Positions 27,384 through 41,894 of a stretch of 64,000 nucleotides of DNA are shown piece by piece. Source of the stretch: Stegostoma tigrinum (lineage: Eukaryota); NCBI RefSeq assembly GCF_030684315.1, contig NC_081397.1, forward strand, positions 14,966,421 through 15,030,420. The letters run 5' to 3'. The notes under the pieces were generated by a model. The model did not search any database and was not told the origin of the DNA. It was given only the letters and a program-made list of their open reading frames with translations. A program made the position numbers and the translations under genes. Positions within the stretch are counted from its first letter, which is position 1; each line of letters begins with the position of its first letter.

Positions 27384-27465
27384 GCAAATACATGAAGGAC
27401 CAAGACAATGTATCATTTCCTTGGTGCAAAGCCAAGTGTGAGCAGCTGCTTCTCACAAACAGCAG
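27384..27465 (+). other. Repeated 82-nt exon-like module, copy D (donor GT changed to TT)
   Basis: TCTTCTGTTTTCATCCAG|GCAAATAC...AACAGCAG|TTATGT. Frame KYMKDQDNVSFPWCKAKCEQLLLTNS. Confidence 0.6.
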
Positions 27466-27980
27466 TTATGTTACAGCTGTCAGAATGGATCATTTCCACA
27501 GACAAAGAGCAGTTTGAGTCAGAGACACGTTGAACTTAATTTCCAGAGAAATGCATTCAAGCCAACAGTCAAATACAAGCAACAAAATACAAGTAGTTTG
27601 TTTTCTCTCTTCCCAATGCACACCTCCTCGGTTGCTATAATTTTCTTCATTCATAGCCTACTGACATTTACAACATTTTTGAGAAGTCACAGACTGAATC
27701 TTCATCTGATACGGACACCGAGGAACTGCAGTAAATCTGCATTTAGTAAGCATGTTTTTCAAGTTACTGTCAAGGTGAAGAAATAGTTCATGCAGTTACA
27801 CAGTTACTTTGCACAGTGTGAGTACAGATATGGAAAAAAACATTCACATTATCAGTAACTGAGCAGGACTGTGTCTATGTTTTGACAAATTGATGTCCCA
27901 GGCATAGAGAGAAGAATTAAATAATGTGACTTCCAAATGTGTGACATAAAATGGTTACTGAGAGCACATAACATAAACTG

Positions 27981-27987
<7 letters not shown>

Positions 27988-28037
<50 letters not shown>
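27988..28037 (+). repeat. (CA)n microsatellite
   Basis: Uninterrupted CA run of ~50 bp. Confidence 0.97.
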
Positions 28038-28039
<2 letters not shown>

Positions 28040-28939
28040 ACAATGTATTCCAAATACATAGATGCACTGTTCCAACACGCATTCCTCCACATCTAATAGC
28101 CATGAGGACGATGTACACTTCAAGCCTCAGCACATGTAACACTAAAAATGATTTCTACTCAGATTTCACGTCAGAGAGCTAGCCTTCTATGAAAGAGACA
28201 AACAGAACAAAAAGTGAGCTCAGTTCTCCAATCTCCATGCACTCCCTGTAGGATTGAAATATATGGTAATGGCCATGGTCATAAATTAAGTATCAATTGT
28301 TTGTGACATCATCAAAAAAAATTGTGTGAATTTTTTGACATTCTGAATTCCCATGAAGTAGTCCAAGTAGTAGATTGAACAAGAGATTCATTGTACCTCC
28401 AAATATCTCACCGTGTCTTAGACTGAGAGAGGTAACTGAAGTTATTTTTTCCTTTTGTACAAACTGGAGGAATTGCATATCAGGACAAGTGTCAGATTGA
28501 AACCTATATTGCCATTGAATTTGTTTGCCCCACAAACTGAATAGCAGAACCCACTGCCGAATATAAAGTTTTAAATCTACCTGAAGGAAATTAAATATTG
28601 ACCTGAAAACAGATAGAAAATAACATATGTTCAAGCAGATACCAAGTTTTTTTGACTTACAATTAAGAATGATTCGTACAGTGAACTTGCAACAAATATG
28701 TGCACATTAAACTCAACACATTCAAACCAGAGACTGACCAATATTAGAATAAAACTTTAACTGTACCATAGAATGAATATTGTGGAACATACTCAAACTT
28801 CAGCCGCACTGCTAGTTAGCGAATGGTATAAACACTGACGGTTTCACTTACAGCACCTTACATAGCTGCAGATAAAATCTTATTCATGTTAATGAGCAGA
28901 CATTTGAACATCAAAGAAAACCTGCAGATGTTGAAAGAG

Positions 28940-31060
28940 CAATATTCAGCCGAAACTGACAGTCACAGATCGATAAACTCACTTGCACATTCACACAGCA
29001 GAAACTCGACAGGGAGAGAATGATAAATGCATTTACAAATCAGATAGTGACAGGTATAGCTTAATAATTAGTTTCTCAGATTTACAGGGCAGGATCTGAC
29101 TGGCAGACATGAGAAAATACTCTCACAGCCATAGAGAAGAAAGTGACAATCACATATCATTGAGGCAGAGAGTAGTTGTAGAATGGAGTTTCTCAAATTG
29201 GAGACCTGTGACCGGTGGTGTTCCACAGGGATCTGTGCTGGGACCACTGTTGTTTGTGATATACGTAAATGATCTGGAGGAAGGTGTAGGTGGTCTATTC
29301 AGCAAGTTTGCAGATGACATTAAGATTGGTGGAGTAGCAGATAGCAAAGGGGACTGTCAGAGATGACAGCAGAATATAAATAGACTGGAGAGTTGGGCAG
29401 ATGGAGTTCAATCCGTGCAAATGCGAGGTGATGCATTTTGGAAGATCTAATTCAAGGGCGTACGATACAGTAAATGGAAGAGTCCTGGGGAAAATTGATG
29501 AACAGAGAGATCTGGGTGTTCAGGTCCTTTGTTCCCTGAAGGTGGCAACGCAGGTCAATAGCGTGGTCAAGAAGGCATATGGCATGCTTTCCTTCATCGG
29601 ACAGGGTATTGAGTACAAGAGTTGGCAGGTCATGTTACAGTTGTATAAGACTTTAGTTCGGCCACATTTAGAATATTGTGTACAGTTCTGGTCGCCACAT
29701 CACCAACAGAATGTGGACTGTTTGGAGAGGGTGCAGGGGAGGTTTACCAGGATGTTGCCTGGTATGGAGGGTGCTGGCTATGAAAAGAGGTTGAGTAGAT
29801 TAGGATTATTTTCATTAGAAAGATGGAGAGTGTGGTTCGGGATCTGATTGAGGTCTACAAAATCATGAGGGAAAGAGACAGGGTGGATAGCAAGAAGCTT
29901 TTTCCCAGCGTGGGGGACTCAATTACTATGGGTCCTGAGTTCAAAGTGAGAGGATGAAAGGTTAAGGGAGATATGTGTGGAAAGTTCTTTATACAGAGGG
30001 TGACGGGTGCCTCGAATGCGTTGCCAGTGGAGGTAGCAGATGCAGGCACATTAGCATTTTTTAAGATATATTTGGACAGGTATCTGGATGGGCAGGGAGC
30101 AAAGGGACACAGACCCTTAGAAAATAGATGACAGGTTAGACAGAGGATCTCGATCGGCACAGGCTTGGAGGGCGGAAGGGTATTTTCCTGTGCTGTAATT
30201 TTCTTCTCTTTATTCTTTGTATATCGATAACTACACTCTTGTCTTCACGTATCAGAAAACGACAGGGACAATGACAATTATGCACACATTCAGAATGCAA
30301 AATAACTGACAGGTACAGATTGATAAATATATGCACACATTATAAAAATGTAGAGATTGTGATCTATATTTGCACATTCACAGAAATTTGACATTTTTGC
30401 ACTCCCACATTCATGACGCAGGAATGGATGGGTATTGATTGACAACTAAACTCACATATGACACAGCAGAAACTGAGAGGGACAGTTTGATAATTACAAT
30501 CACATCTTCACGAGCAGCTACTGACAAATACAGATCAATAACTACACCCAGTTCTTCACAAAACCAAAGTTAACAGGTACAGATTAATAACTAAATTCCT
30601 GTCTTGATGATACAGAAACTGCTAGGTACAGGTTTATAAAAATGCTCACACATTCCCCAAGCAGAAACTGACAGGAATATATTGAAAACAAAACCTCAGT
30701 TTCTGCTCCATGAATGTATCAGGGATAGACTGACAATTACACAAACACATTTGAATATTCTGATTTCAGATACTGACAGGGACAGATTTACAACTTCATT
30801 CATTGACACACACACACCCCTGAAACTGACGGGCAAAGTATGATAAATGTATTCACACCTCTACAACTTTCTGAAGAAGGGCCCAGGCCCGAAACATCAG
30901 CTTTCCTGTTCCTCTGATGCTGCTCAGCATGCTGTGTTCATCCAGCTCTGTGCCTTGTTATGACAGATTCATAACTACACTGTCAGATACACACGGGAGA
31001 AACTGAAAGTTACAGAGTGGTAAATATGCTCATGCTGGCATGCAGCAAAAACTGACACAA
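28940..31060 (+). repeat. Degenerate 47-49-bp tandem repeat array, split by a CR1 (29163-30215)
   Basis: Recurring GCAGAAACTGACAGGTACAGATTGATAACTAC variants. Confidence 0.75.
29163..30215 (+). mobile_element. CR1/HER1-type LINE, 5'-truncated
   Basis: [20 protein letters not shown]...SKFADD and LYKTLVRPHLEYCVQFWSP. Confidence 0.92.
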
Positions 31061-31068
31061 AAAAAAAC

Positions 31069-32837
31069 AGCTCCTGTAAACCGTCATCAGGTGGGTTTGA
31101 AAACATTTAACTGATCAATTCAACATCTAGCTAATAAGCATTCAGATATTTAGATTATCACCAGGAATTCGAACAGAACTGTGGGTCTGATTGCACTCTT
31201 GCCCTGAGCTGCACTACATTTGATCAATTTTAAAAACTTCAACTCTAATTGAGTGATGCACAGAAAGTAACCAACACCCGTACAGCTCCACGACTGGAAC
31301 TACCTAATGCAAGCTTGTCTGTGCATATGTGTTTAGTTACTGATCCATTCATGTCAGTTGCTACCTGTTGAATGTGTGTGTGTAGTTATCAATGTGTCCC
31401 TCTAAATCTTTGGCAAATTACTTCTGTATTACACAGCAGAGACTGACAGGGAAACATTGGTCTAGACCAATCAATCATTGTAAAAATGGTACAGAACAGA
31501 AGGAGGTCATTTGGTGCATCATGTCCATGCTGACCCAAACACCCCCAGATGGGCATCACAATCACATCTTCCTGCACACATCCCATAGCCCTGCAGGTTT
31601 CATTCTATTATCCTTCAGAACTTGGTCCATATGTGACAGACCATCAAAAGAGGAGAGCCAAATTATTTTGTGAAGAATTTGGAAACTAAAATTTAACACT
31701 GAGGACCATTGGGTGAGTACCCAGGTTTTAGATAATGAGATTTTTTTTTGAAAAGAACCGTTGTTATGGAACAAGATGGACAGCCACACTCCATTGATCC
31801 TTCAATCTTCCTGCATTCGAAAACTGAGCATTTTAAATGTTTCATGTAAAGTGGAGAGCCAGTTACCATTTAAATTATTATTTTTTTAAATAAATGTCCA
31901 TGATTATAAAATCTTCTAGCGTACAACAGAACAAAAAAAATCTAGTTACACAAGATGAAGAATTTGAGAACAATCCTGCGATAAAGGTGGAGATGGTAGT
32001 TCCCCTGCCACCGTGATACATTTATGGAAATTGAATGCTGGCTGAATGGATGTAATTATTGGCTTGTTGTTTCTCAGCAGTGCTGGCTTGGAGAGACAGG
32101 ACTGTTTGCTGTGCTGTAGTTGTCTATGACTAGATATGTGTGAGTGATAATCATTTTGTATAGTTCATGTATCTGTTGCTGGAGTTTAAATGGAACTCCA
32201 TAGCTGTTAGTCCTTGGATCACATCTTTAGTTATGATGTCTGTATTTTGAACTAATTCTGAGTCAGTCAGTACCTGTACCTGTCAGTCCATCCACGTGGA
32301 AACAAAGCAGAGTAATATTACAGGTCCCGTTACACTTCCTCAGAACAGAGGTTCAACTTCAGAACGTTCATTTCCATACTCATATGCTGATAGACTTGCT
32401 GAGATTTTGCAGCAATTTCTACTTTTGTTGCTGATTTCCAGCATCTGCAGTTCCTTGGTTTTTCTCATTTGTTAGGCATGTGTGTTTGAAGTTGTCATGA
32501 TTTGATAAATGTATGCACACATTATAAAAATGTAGAGATTGAGATGAATGAAATGACATGAATGGATCAGTAACTAAACTCATATGCACAGACAAGCTTG
32601 CATTAGGTAGTTCCAGTCATGGAGCTGTACGGGGGTTGGTAACTTTCTGTGCATCACTCAGAGTTGAATTTTTCAAAATTGATCAAATGTAGTGCAGCTC
32701 AGGGCAAGAATGCAATCAGGCCCACAGTTCTGTTAGAATTCCTGGTGATAATTTAAATATCTGAATGTTTATTAGTGAAATGTTGAATTGATCAGTTTAA
32801 TGTTTTCAAACCCATCTGATGATGGTTTACAGGAGCT
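31069..32837. repeat. Inverted repeat, arms ~31069-31356 and ~32554-32837
   Basis: The arms are near reverse complements, e.g. CCTAATGCAAGCTTGTCTGTGCATATG and CATATGCACAGACAAGCTTGCATTAGG. Confidence 0.85.
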
Positions 32838-32859
32838 ATCTGTTTTTTCCTTCCTGCAG

Positions 32860-32941
32860 ACAAATGCTTGAAGGAACAAGGCAATGTATCATTTCTTCAG
32901 TACAAAGCCAATTGTGACCAGCTCGTCCTAACAAACAGCAG
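32860..32941 (+). other. Repeated 82-nt exon-like module, copy E
   Basis: TTTTTTCCTTCCTGCAG|ACAAATGC...AACAGCAG|GTATGT. Frame KCLKEQGNVSFLQYKANCDQLVLTNS. Confidence 0.6.
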
Positions 32942-33399
32942 GTATGTTCCCACTGTCACAGCAGAGAACGTCCTTTCCACAGTCACGGAGCAGATTGAGT
33001 CAGACACCGTTAAACTTTAATTTCCAGTCAGACACGTTCAAACCGACAATAAAACAACACGGAGGAATGCCACTTTATGTTGCTTCTCTCTCCATTCAAA
33101 ATACCCAGTTCAAACAGATTTCACCTAACATAACCCATTGACATTTACACCATTTTTGAAGATGGGTAGACTGAATCCTTATCCAAAGTATACCCTCAGA
33201 ACTTGAAGGAAATCTGCACAGAATTACTCTGATATCAACTCCACATAATGAATCACGCTTCCACGGATAATATTTTTGGCTGCCTGAAACCTAATCCACT
33301 TTAAGGAGTAGAAAGTGACTAGTACGCATGGATACCTAACCTCACACATTCGTATTGTAGGGTCAGACGAAAAAAATAGTATTTGACCATATTGATACT

Positions 33400-34030
33400 T
33401 CAGAAACTGCAAGTAAAAGGTTGATTAAAAATGTTCACATAGTCACATAATAGAAACTATCATGCATATATTCATTGATGTACTCGCTTTCACACAGACT
33501 GAAACTGGCAGGAATATATTGATGATAACACTCCCAATTTCACAGAGCATAAAGTGACAGTTACAAACTTAGAACTGCAATCACAAATCCACAGAGAGAC
33601 AGGCACGGATTGCTGACTGTACTCAAATATTCAGAGTAGGTTCTCACAGGTACATCTTGGTAACCGGACGCTCAAATTGACAGAGAAGCAAATGATAGGT
33701 GCATATTGCTTTCATGCACATATCCAAATGGATGAACTTGACAGGAACAGATTGATAACAACCTTGGACATAGCAAGAACTGCAGATGCTGGAATCAGCC
33801 TTCCCAGTTACACACAGCATAAACTGACTGACATGTACAGTTTGATAATTACTCTCATTCACAGAGCGGAATCTGAAACGTCCTTATTGATAACTGTACT
33901 CACATGGCCACCAAGCGGAAACTGACAGAGTTTGATCACAGTGACAGCCAAATTGCGGAAATTGACAGATACATGTTGATAATTACTTTCACACTTGCCT
34001 TGCAGGAAATGTCAGGGTCAGTTCATTAAA
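33400..34030 (+). repeat. Degenerate 47-49-bp tandem repeat array
   Basis: Recurring AAACTGACAG...TTGATAA. Confidence 0.7.
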
Positions 34031-34034
34031 TACG

Positions 34035-34720
34035 ATGCTGTTGACTTGCTCACTGAGCTTGTAAGTTTGTTCACAGACATTTCATCACCATACGACATAA
34101 CATCATCAGTGCACCGTGAATGAAACGTTGGTATTCTGTCCTTCTTGCTATTTATGTGCCTCACTTTGCTGGGGTGGTGAGCATCACTTGCAGGTTGGTT
34201 TCTTAGTGGTTGGTGTGTGGTGTCCAGCTGGACATGTTTGTTAATGGAGTTCTAGTTTGAATTCTTGTGCATGTCTTTGTTTGGGATGTCCTCTGATGGC
34301 TACCTTGTCCCAGTCAAACAGGTGTCCCTCTTTATCCATGTGCATTAAGGTGAGTGATAGTTGGCCATGACTTTTGGCAGCGAGTTGATGTCCATGAATC
34401 CTGATGGCGGGTTTCCTACCGGTTTGCCTTGGGTAAGGTTTGTGGCAGTATTTGCATGGTATCTTGTAAATCGCATTGTTTCTGCTAATTGTGAATATTG
34501 GATCCTTCATTCTCAACAGCGGCTGTCAGTTCGTGGGCTATCATGATTCTTACGGGGTAGTGTAACCTGGTGGTTATTTCACACCCTCAGTGCATAGTCT
34601 GGTGACTACTATCACTGGATGTGTTGTGTCTTCCTGTTGCCATCAGTTGTGTGGCAACTGCGAACAATGCATTTTGGGTAACTGTCATTTCTAAAGACAC
34701 TATCAGTGTTCTTCCTTGGC
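34035..34720 (-). mobile_element. Penelope-like element 3' fragment (GIY-YIG)
   Basis: NAIYKIPCKYCHKPYPRQTGRKPAIRIHGH, plus a terminal CTGATGA...GAAA motif. Confidence 0.75.
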
Positions 34721-34744
34721 TTTATGAAACTCCGGGATGCTGCA

Positions 34745-35812
34745 GTGTGTTGTGGCTCACTTGAAGGGACAGCTAGCTCATTGGATTCAAAATTGGCTTG
34801 ATGGTACAAAGCAGAGGGTGACAGTTGAAGATTCTTTCTCAGACTGGAGGCCTGTGACTTGTGGTGTGCCACAGGGATTGGTGCTGGGACCTTTGTTATT
34901 TGTTATTGACATAAATGATCTGGATGTGAATGTGCAAAGCATGATTAGTAAGTTTACAGATGATGCAATGTTAGGCAGTATCGTTCATAGTGGGGAAGGT
35001 TATCGAAAATTACAGAGGGATCTTAATCAGATGGGGAAGTGGGCTAAGGATTGGAAAATGCAATTCAATGGAGATAAGTGTGAGGTGTTGTACTTTGGAA
35101 TGTCAAACTACAGTAAGCCTTTTACAGCAAATGGTAACGTCCTGACTAGTGATGTGGTACAGAGGGACCAAGGAGTACAGGTCTGTAGTATGTTTAAAGC
35201 AGTGTCACAGGTGGATAGGGTGCTGAAGAAGGAATTCAGCATGCTGGCCTTCATTGATCGAGGCATTTTGAATAGACATGGAGTATTGTGTACAGTTTTG
35301 GTCACCCTGTTGTAAAAAAGACCTAGTTCAACTAGAAAGTGTTCAAAGAAAATTTATGCAGGACAAGTGGGCCTGGGTTATCGTGAGATGTTGGCCAGGG
35401 TAGGACTTTATTTCTTGGACCGTAGGAGAATGAAGTGTGACCTTATTCAGATGTATAAAATCATGAGCTCCATAGGTCGGATAAATGCATATCGTGTTTG
35501 TTTTTTTTTCCCCCACAGATGAGGAATTGAAAACTAGAGGGCATAGGTTTCAGGTGAGAGGGCAAGAATTTAAGAAGGACCTGAGGGGTGCCAACTTCAC
35601 AGAGAGAGTGGAGCACATGTGGAATCAGCTGCCAGAGAAAGTTGTTGAGGCAGGCACAATAGCAACACTTTAAAAAAAAATGAACATGTACATGGATGGG
35701 AAGGATGTAGAGGGATATAATGTGGGCAGTTGGATCCAGCTGAGTGGGAACCACAGTCATCATGAACCAGTTTGGGTGGAAGGGCCTGTGTCCGAACTGT
35801 ATTACTATATGA
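34745..35812 (+). mobile_element. CR1 LINE fragment
   Basis: WIQNWLDGTKQRVTV...[20 protein letters not shown]...SKFTDD. Confidence 0.88.
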
Positions 35813-35814
35813 CC

Positions 35815-37545
35815 ATAAGACATAGGAGCAGAAATCAGGCTATTTGGCCCATGAAGTCTCCTCCGCCATTCAATCATGGCTGAGACGATCCTTAAGCCAA
35901 TTCTCCTGCCTTCATCCCATAACCTTGATCCCCTTGATAATCAAAAACCTATCTATCTCACCCTTAAATGTACACAATAACCCGGCCTCCACAGCCTTCT
36001 GTGGCAGTGAATTCCATAGATTCACCACTCTCCGGCTGAAGAAGTTTCTCCTTATCTCTGTTCTAAAATGTCTTCCCTTTACTTAAAGGCTGTGCCCTTG
36101 GGTCCTAGTCTCTCCTACCAATGGAAGGATCTTCCCAACATCCACTCTGTCCAGGCATTCAGTAGTCTAAGTTTTGATTATCGTCCTTCTAAACTCCAAA
36201 GAGTACAGTTCCAGAATCCTCAAACATTGCTCATATGTTCAGCTTTTCATTCCTGGGACCATTCTCGTGAACCTCCTCTGAACCTGCTCCAGGGGCAGTA
36301 CATCCTTCCTGAGATATGGGGCCCAAAACTGCACATGCTACTTCAAATGTGGCCTGACTCAAGTCTTCTAAAGCCTCATAAGCACATCCTTTTTTTTTAA
36401 ACATCTTCAAGACCATAAGTCATAGGAGTGGAAGTAAGGCAATTCGGCCCATCAAGCCCATTCCACCATTTAAATCAAGGCTGGGCATTTCAACTCCACT
36501 TCCCTGCACTCTCCCTGTAGCCCTTGATTCCTTGTGAGATCAAGAATTTGTCAATCTCTGCCTTGAAGTCCTGGCAAAATAAATGCCAGTATTGCAGTTG
36601 CCTTCCTGACTACTGACTCAAACTGTGCGTTTACCGTGAGAGATTCCTGGAGTTGAACTCCCAAGTCTCTTTGCACGCAAGACTTCTGAATTTTCTGCCC
36701 ATTTAGAAAAGAGTCTATGCTTTTATTCTGGAGGGAGGATGGTAACTTCTTCAGGTCAGGCATCCCTGGAAGACGCTTTGCAGTGAAGTTAAAATTGTAT
36801 CAGAGATAATGGTGACTGCAGATGCTGGAGAATCCAGACAAACCTCAGGGGATCTCTACCCCACTGCAACTCTAGATTCCCCTCCACCTACCTCCTCCTC
36901 TATCCATCTTTGATCCACCTCCCAGTCTGTCCCTATTTATTTCAGAGCCCTCTTCCCCCTCCCACTTTTCTGATGAAGGGTCCAGGCCCAAAATGTCAGC
37001 TTTTGTGCTCCTGAGATGCTGTTTGGCCTGCTGTGTTCATAAGCTCCACATTTTTTTTAAAATCTCGGATGCTGCAGCATCTGCAGTTATCATTATCTCT
37101 CATGCTTTTATTCTCCTTAGCCAAGTGCATGACCTGACACTTTCCCACATTGTACTCCCTCTACTACTTCTTTGCCCACTCTCCTAACCTGTCCAATTCA
37201 TACTGCAGCCTCAGCGCCTCAATACTACCTGTCACTCTACCTATTGTTGTATCTTCTGCAAACGTAGTCAGAATGCAAACAGTTCCTTCATCCAGATCAT
37301 TAATGTATAAAGCATGCCTTTTATCCCCACTCTCTGCTTTCTGCCAGGCAGCCAATCTTCTATCCATGCTAGCACCATGGGCCCTTATGTTACTCAACAG
37401 CCTCCTGTGCGGCAGCTTGCCAAGGGGCTTTTCGAAGCCCAGGTAGATAACATCCATTGGCTCTCCTTGGTCTACCCTGCTTGTTACTTCCTTAAAGGAT
37501 TTAAGCAGATTTGCCAGGCATGACTTCCCCTTGATGAAACCGTGC
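35815..37545 (-). mobile_element. Cluster of antisense CR1 fragments with a nested PLE end (~36805-37100)
   Basis: QHSRHGFIKGKSCLANLL, LYINDLDEG and FAED motifs on the minus strand. CR1 tails begin at ~35815 and ~36412. Confidence 0.7.
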
Positions 37546-38309
37546 CTGGAGTGTTGGAGGCTGTGTTTATAAAATTTAGTGGTGTGGAAAGGGTGCATAA
37601 TCAAGATCTTTTCCCCAGGATAGAAGAATGCAAAATGAGAGGGGATGGGTTTAAGTGACTGGGAAAGTCTTAAAATGAACCAAAGGTGTGCAATATTTGC
37701 ACACAGAGTGCTGTGTGAATGGGTTGAATGCCAAAAGAAGTGTTGGAGACTCTTACAACTACAACGTTTTAAAGGCATCTGGATGAGTATATGAATAGGA
37801 AGTGTTTCGTGGGATATGGACCAAATGCTAGTAAATGGAACTAGATTAATCTCCGATATCTGCTCTCCATGGACGAGGTGGACCCTGTACATCTCTCGGA
37901 CTGTATGACGGGGACTGATTTATGAGAGAATAATCATCATTCATACTGCCTAAACAGACAGGGACAGATCGAGAACTGCACTCCCATTCCCACAATGCAG
38001 AGACTGACAGATATTCGGCAAAGTGTCCCTCAATAAACCCGAATGTCTGAACAATACAATCCTGCCCACAGCCTAATAAGGAAATCTCAGCTAGTGATGA
38101 AACAAGGTAACATTTCACTCACAAAAGATTACCATGAGCAGAATAAAACACCCTGTCACAATTAAAATCTCGGAGGTAGTGTTCAAAATGTTAGTGGATG
38201 ACAGGAACAAGTTCAACTGCAAGGGAGCAAGGAATTTGATCCGTGTACAAAATTTCGGTTTGTGTTTCACATTTCGTTGCAGATCCGAACAGATCCACTT
38301 TGTGTTTCA

Positions 38310-38430
38310 CACTAACCAATCACAGAAAGGCTAATCACATGGTCTGACATTCTTGTAAACTACCCAATCAGGAACAAGACATTCCCCCATCCCTCATTAG
38401 CATTGCTGACGCGGTCAGGCTATAAAATGC
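38310..38430 (+). promoter_or_regulatory. H2B promoter: CCAAT boxes, octamer variant, TATA
   Basis: CCAAT at ~38317 and 38364, ATTAGCAT at 38396-38403 (octamer ATTTGCAT with one change), TATAAAA at 38421. Confidence 0.75.
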
Positions 38431-38478
38431 GAGCTCCGAGCCTCCTTCCGTTTATTGTGTCTGAAAGTGACCGTCACG

Positions 38479-38859
38479 ATGCCGGATGAGAAGAAAGCGC
38501 AGGCAACTTCGAAGAAGGGCGCCAAGAAAATCATCAAGAAGGCGCCGCGGAAAGGCGGCAAGACAAAGAAACGATCCAGGAAAGAAAGTTACGCCATCTA
38601 CATCTATAAAGTGATGAAGCAGGTTCACCCCGACACCGGCATCTCCTCCAAGGCGATGAGCATCATGAACTCGTTCGTCAAGGATATTTTCGAGCGTATC
38701 GCGGGGGAGGCTTCCCGCCTGGCCCATTACAACAAGCGCAGCACCATCAGCTCCCGGGAGATCCAGACCGCGGTGCGGCTGCTGCTGCCCGGGGAGCTGG
38801 CCAAGCACGCCGTGTCGGAGGGTACAAAGGCGGTGACCAAGTACACCAGCTCCAAGTGA
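38479..38859 (+). CDS. H2B: Histone H2B (126 aa), replication-dependent
   Basis: MPDEKKAQ...[27 protein letters not shown]...[16 protein letters not shown], with 3' stem-loop. Confidence 0.97.
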   Translation: MPDEKKAQATSKKGAKKIIKKAPRKGGKTKKRSRKESYAIYIYKVMKQVHPDTGISSKAMSIMNSFVKDIFERIAGEASRLAHYNKRSTISSREIQTAVRLLLPGELAKHAVSEGTKAVTKYTSSK

Positions 38860-38900
38860 GACCCCACATTGTGCTGAGAAAAACACATCCAAAACCCAAC

Positions 38901-38916
38901 GGCTCTTTTCAGAGCC
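38901..38916 (+). promoter_or_regulatory. Histone 3' stem-loop (H2B)
   Basis: CCAAC-GGCTCTTTTCAGAGCC-ACCCA. Confidence 0.96.
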
Positions 38917-40499
38917 ACCCACAATTTCAATGAAGCAGTTGAACCATTTTTCGTTTGTAAATGATTCTCGGTATCTATAATTAATGTCTCTAATCTTTAT
39001 CTTTGTTTACACAAACGTTCTAAACATTACCGTGCTGTCCCTGTCCCTCTGTCGGTTACTTTCGGTTGCCTTCCTACCCAGTCTCTCCTCCCTCCCTGTA
39101 CAGAAAGCACATTCATCGTCACTGTCATTTTTTTTTAACAACTCCTATGTGTTCCAGTTATTATTTACCCCTTGATCAGGAATTTCACCCCCTGGAAAGA
39201 AAACTAACTGCTCGAGTCCCACGAACAGATGTTGGGGGATACTTGTCATTGAGGATTTCAGCTGTCGGTGAGAGGCTGTCAAAATGAGCTGAGCTAAAGC
39301 CAGAGCCAGGATTGCAGTCGCAAGTGTGAAACTGTGTTCAAGGACAATATGGGAGGGCAACTTCAAACTATTGTTTCAAGTTTTAACCCGTTCACCCCGA
39401 AAAACGTTGTGTAAGTTTTTATAAATACATCAGCGTGCACTTGTAATGTGAAATTGAATTAAATTCAAAGAAAAATTAAACTGTTTATTCCTCTTTGTGA
39501 AACTTTCCCCCCTCTATCCTACATGTTGGAGGGTTTTTCAAATTTGTCCCAATGGGGGTATGAACGCTGGATTTCACCCGTGGCAATGAAAAATTATGAT
39601 CTCTTATTTGAGTCCCATTAAGAGAAATTCCGCGCGATTCCTTTTTCAATTTCCAAATCTGTCAGGGAATTTATCCGATTTTTTTTTCAGTTTGCAGTGT
39701 GTGGGGCTTTCTGCTGTCGGTGAGAGGCTTTCAAAATGAACCGAGACCGTCCGGAAAGACTGATCCAGCACAATAAGTGAGGGCTATTTTACAATGTTTT
39801 CTGAAAACGGTGTTGCTTCGGGAGTGACAGAGATTATGTGAAGTGAACATTTTTAACTGAAAGGAAATTAAATCGTAAGCATTAACGCAAAAATCCTTGT
39901 GAAACCTCTTCCTCGTATTGCCCATATTGGCGGGCTTTTCAAATCGGACAGAAAACGGTTGATGATTTGGCGCCGGTATTTTCCCACGGTTTCCACGCAG
40001 AGGAATTTTGTTTTATTTTCAAATCTCCCCGCGGGTTCTATCCGGTTTTGCAGAAAGCTGTAAATGAGGCTTTCTGCTGTCGGCGGGAAAATTTCCAAGT
40101 GAACCGAGAGGAAAGCAGAACAGCTGCCGGACTGGCATCGCAAAAGTGGAAATATTGTTGATCTTGTGCAATAGGGAGAGCGATTGTAAAATATTGTTTA
40201 AAGCAGTATTGAGTTCAACGAGAAAGAAACAGTTGTGTGATACTTTGATTATTATATCCGGGTGTAGATGTGAATTAAATTCAATCTGTGCAGAGAATAA
40301 CTTTCGGCGGGCTTTTCATTCCGCCTTCCTCTTCATGTTAAGTTTTTTCGCGGGGTGGGGGGAATTCAAGATCAAAAATAGTTGGTTTCAACTAGGCCGG
40401 GAAATCAGAGAGATGGTGTGACGTATATAGGTGTATTCTAAAAGTAAATTATCTGAAGTAAGAACGCATTCTTCTTTGTAAAACTTCTACCCATTTCGA

Positions 40500-41149
<650 letters not shown>

Positions 41150-41177
41150 AGACACTTATTGAATCTGACAACCCAAA

Positions 41178-41193
41178 GGCTCTTTTCAGAGCC
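41178..41193 (+). promoter_or_regulatory. Histone 3' stem-loop (H2A copy 2)
   Basis: CCAAA-GGCTCTTTTCAGAGCC-ACCCA. Confidence 0.96.
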
Positions 41194-41894
41194 ACCCACA
41201 ACATCAGTGAAAAGCAGCTAGACTTTCACTGCTGGCTAACTAATTTTCATTTTATGTGCAAACCCGGTCCTCTGAACGCGCAAAAATAATCCCTTTTGCT
41301 TTCGCTTTAACAGTGATAAAACTAGAACGGGACGAATAAAGTTGGAGGGTTTGCTGCAGGGACTGCGACTGCGACTTTAAATAGTGACTCAAAGCGGTAT
41401 CCCCATCCAGGGAACATGAGACATGGAATAGCTCGGCCCCAGAAAGATGCCATGCGAGACAGAACCGACCATCCCCAGAGGATCGAATACACTTGTGGGA
41501 GATTGGGCAAAATTTCGATTGCATGGCCAAAACTACAAAAATCATTTGTATAATGTGGCGGGTTTTGAAATTGGCGATTGTTTCCCACCCTCCTTTTCCG
41601 GCAAGTTCAGTTACAGCTGGGAAAACGCCACGGGAAGCAATTCCCACACAGGCGGTTCAATTGGAAATGTATCAATTATAAAGGGTGGAATGCAGTACTT
41701 GAATTTGTTGTGATTACTGAAAATTTATAAACCTGATTGTCCCGAGTTGCCTCGTCTTCAATATCAATTCGTGCAGCCCAGACCCATTCATTTTCTGTAA
41801 CTCGTGTTGCATTGAGACATCAATAGCATGCTGTGCGATGACATTAACTAAAGTCCAGTGCCTGACGATTGCTGCTCTCTCGGGACAGTTTAGT

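Noticed and set aside
21110-36000. Flamenco-like antisense piRNA cluster driven by the divergent promoters
   Set aside because: TE fragments lie in both orientations with no clear antisense bias. It cannot be excluded without small-RNA data.
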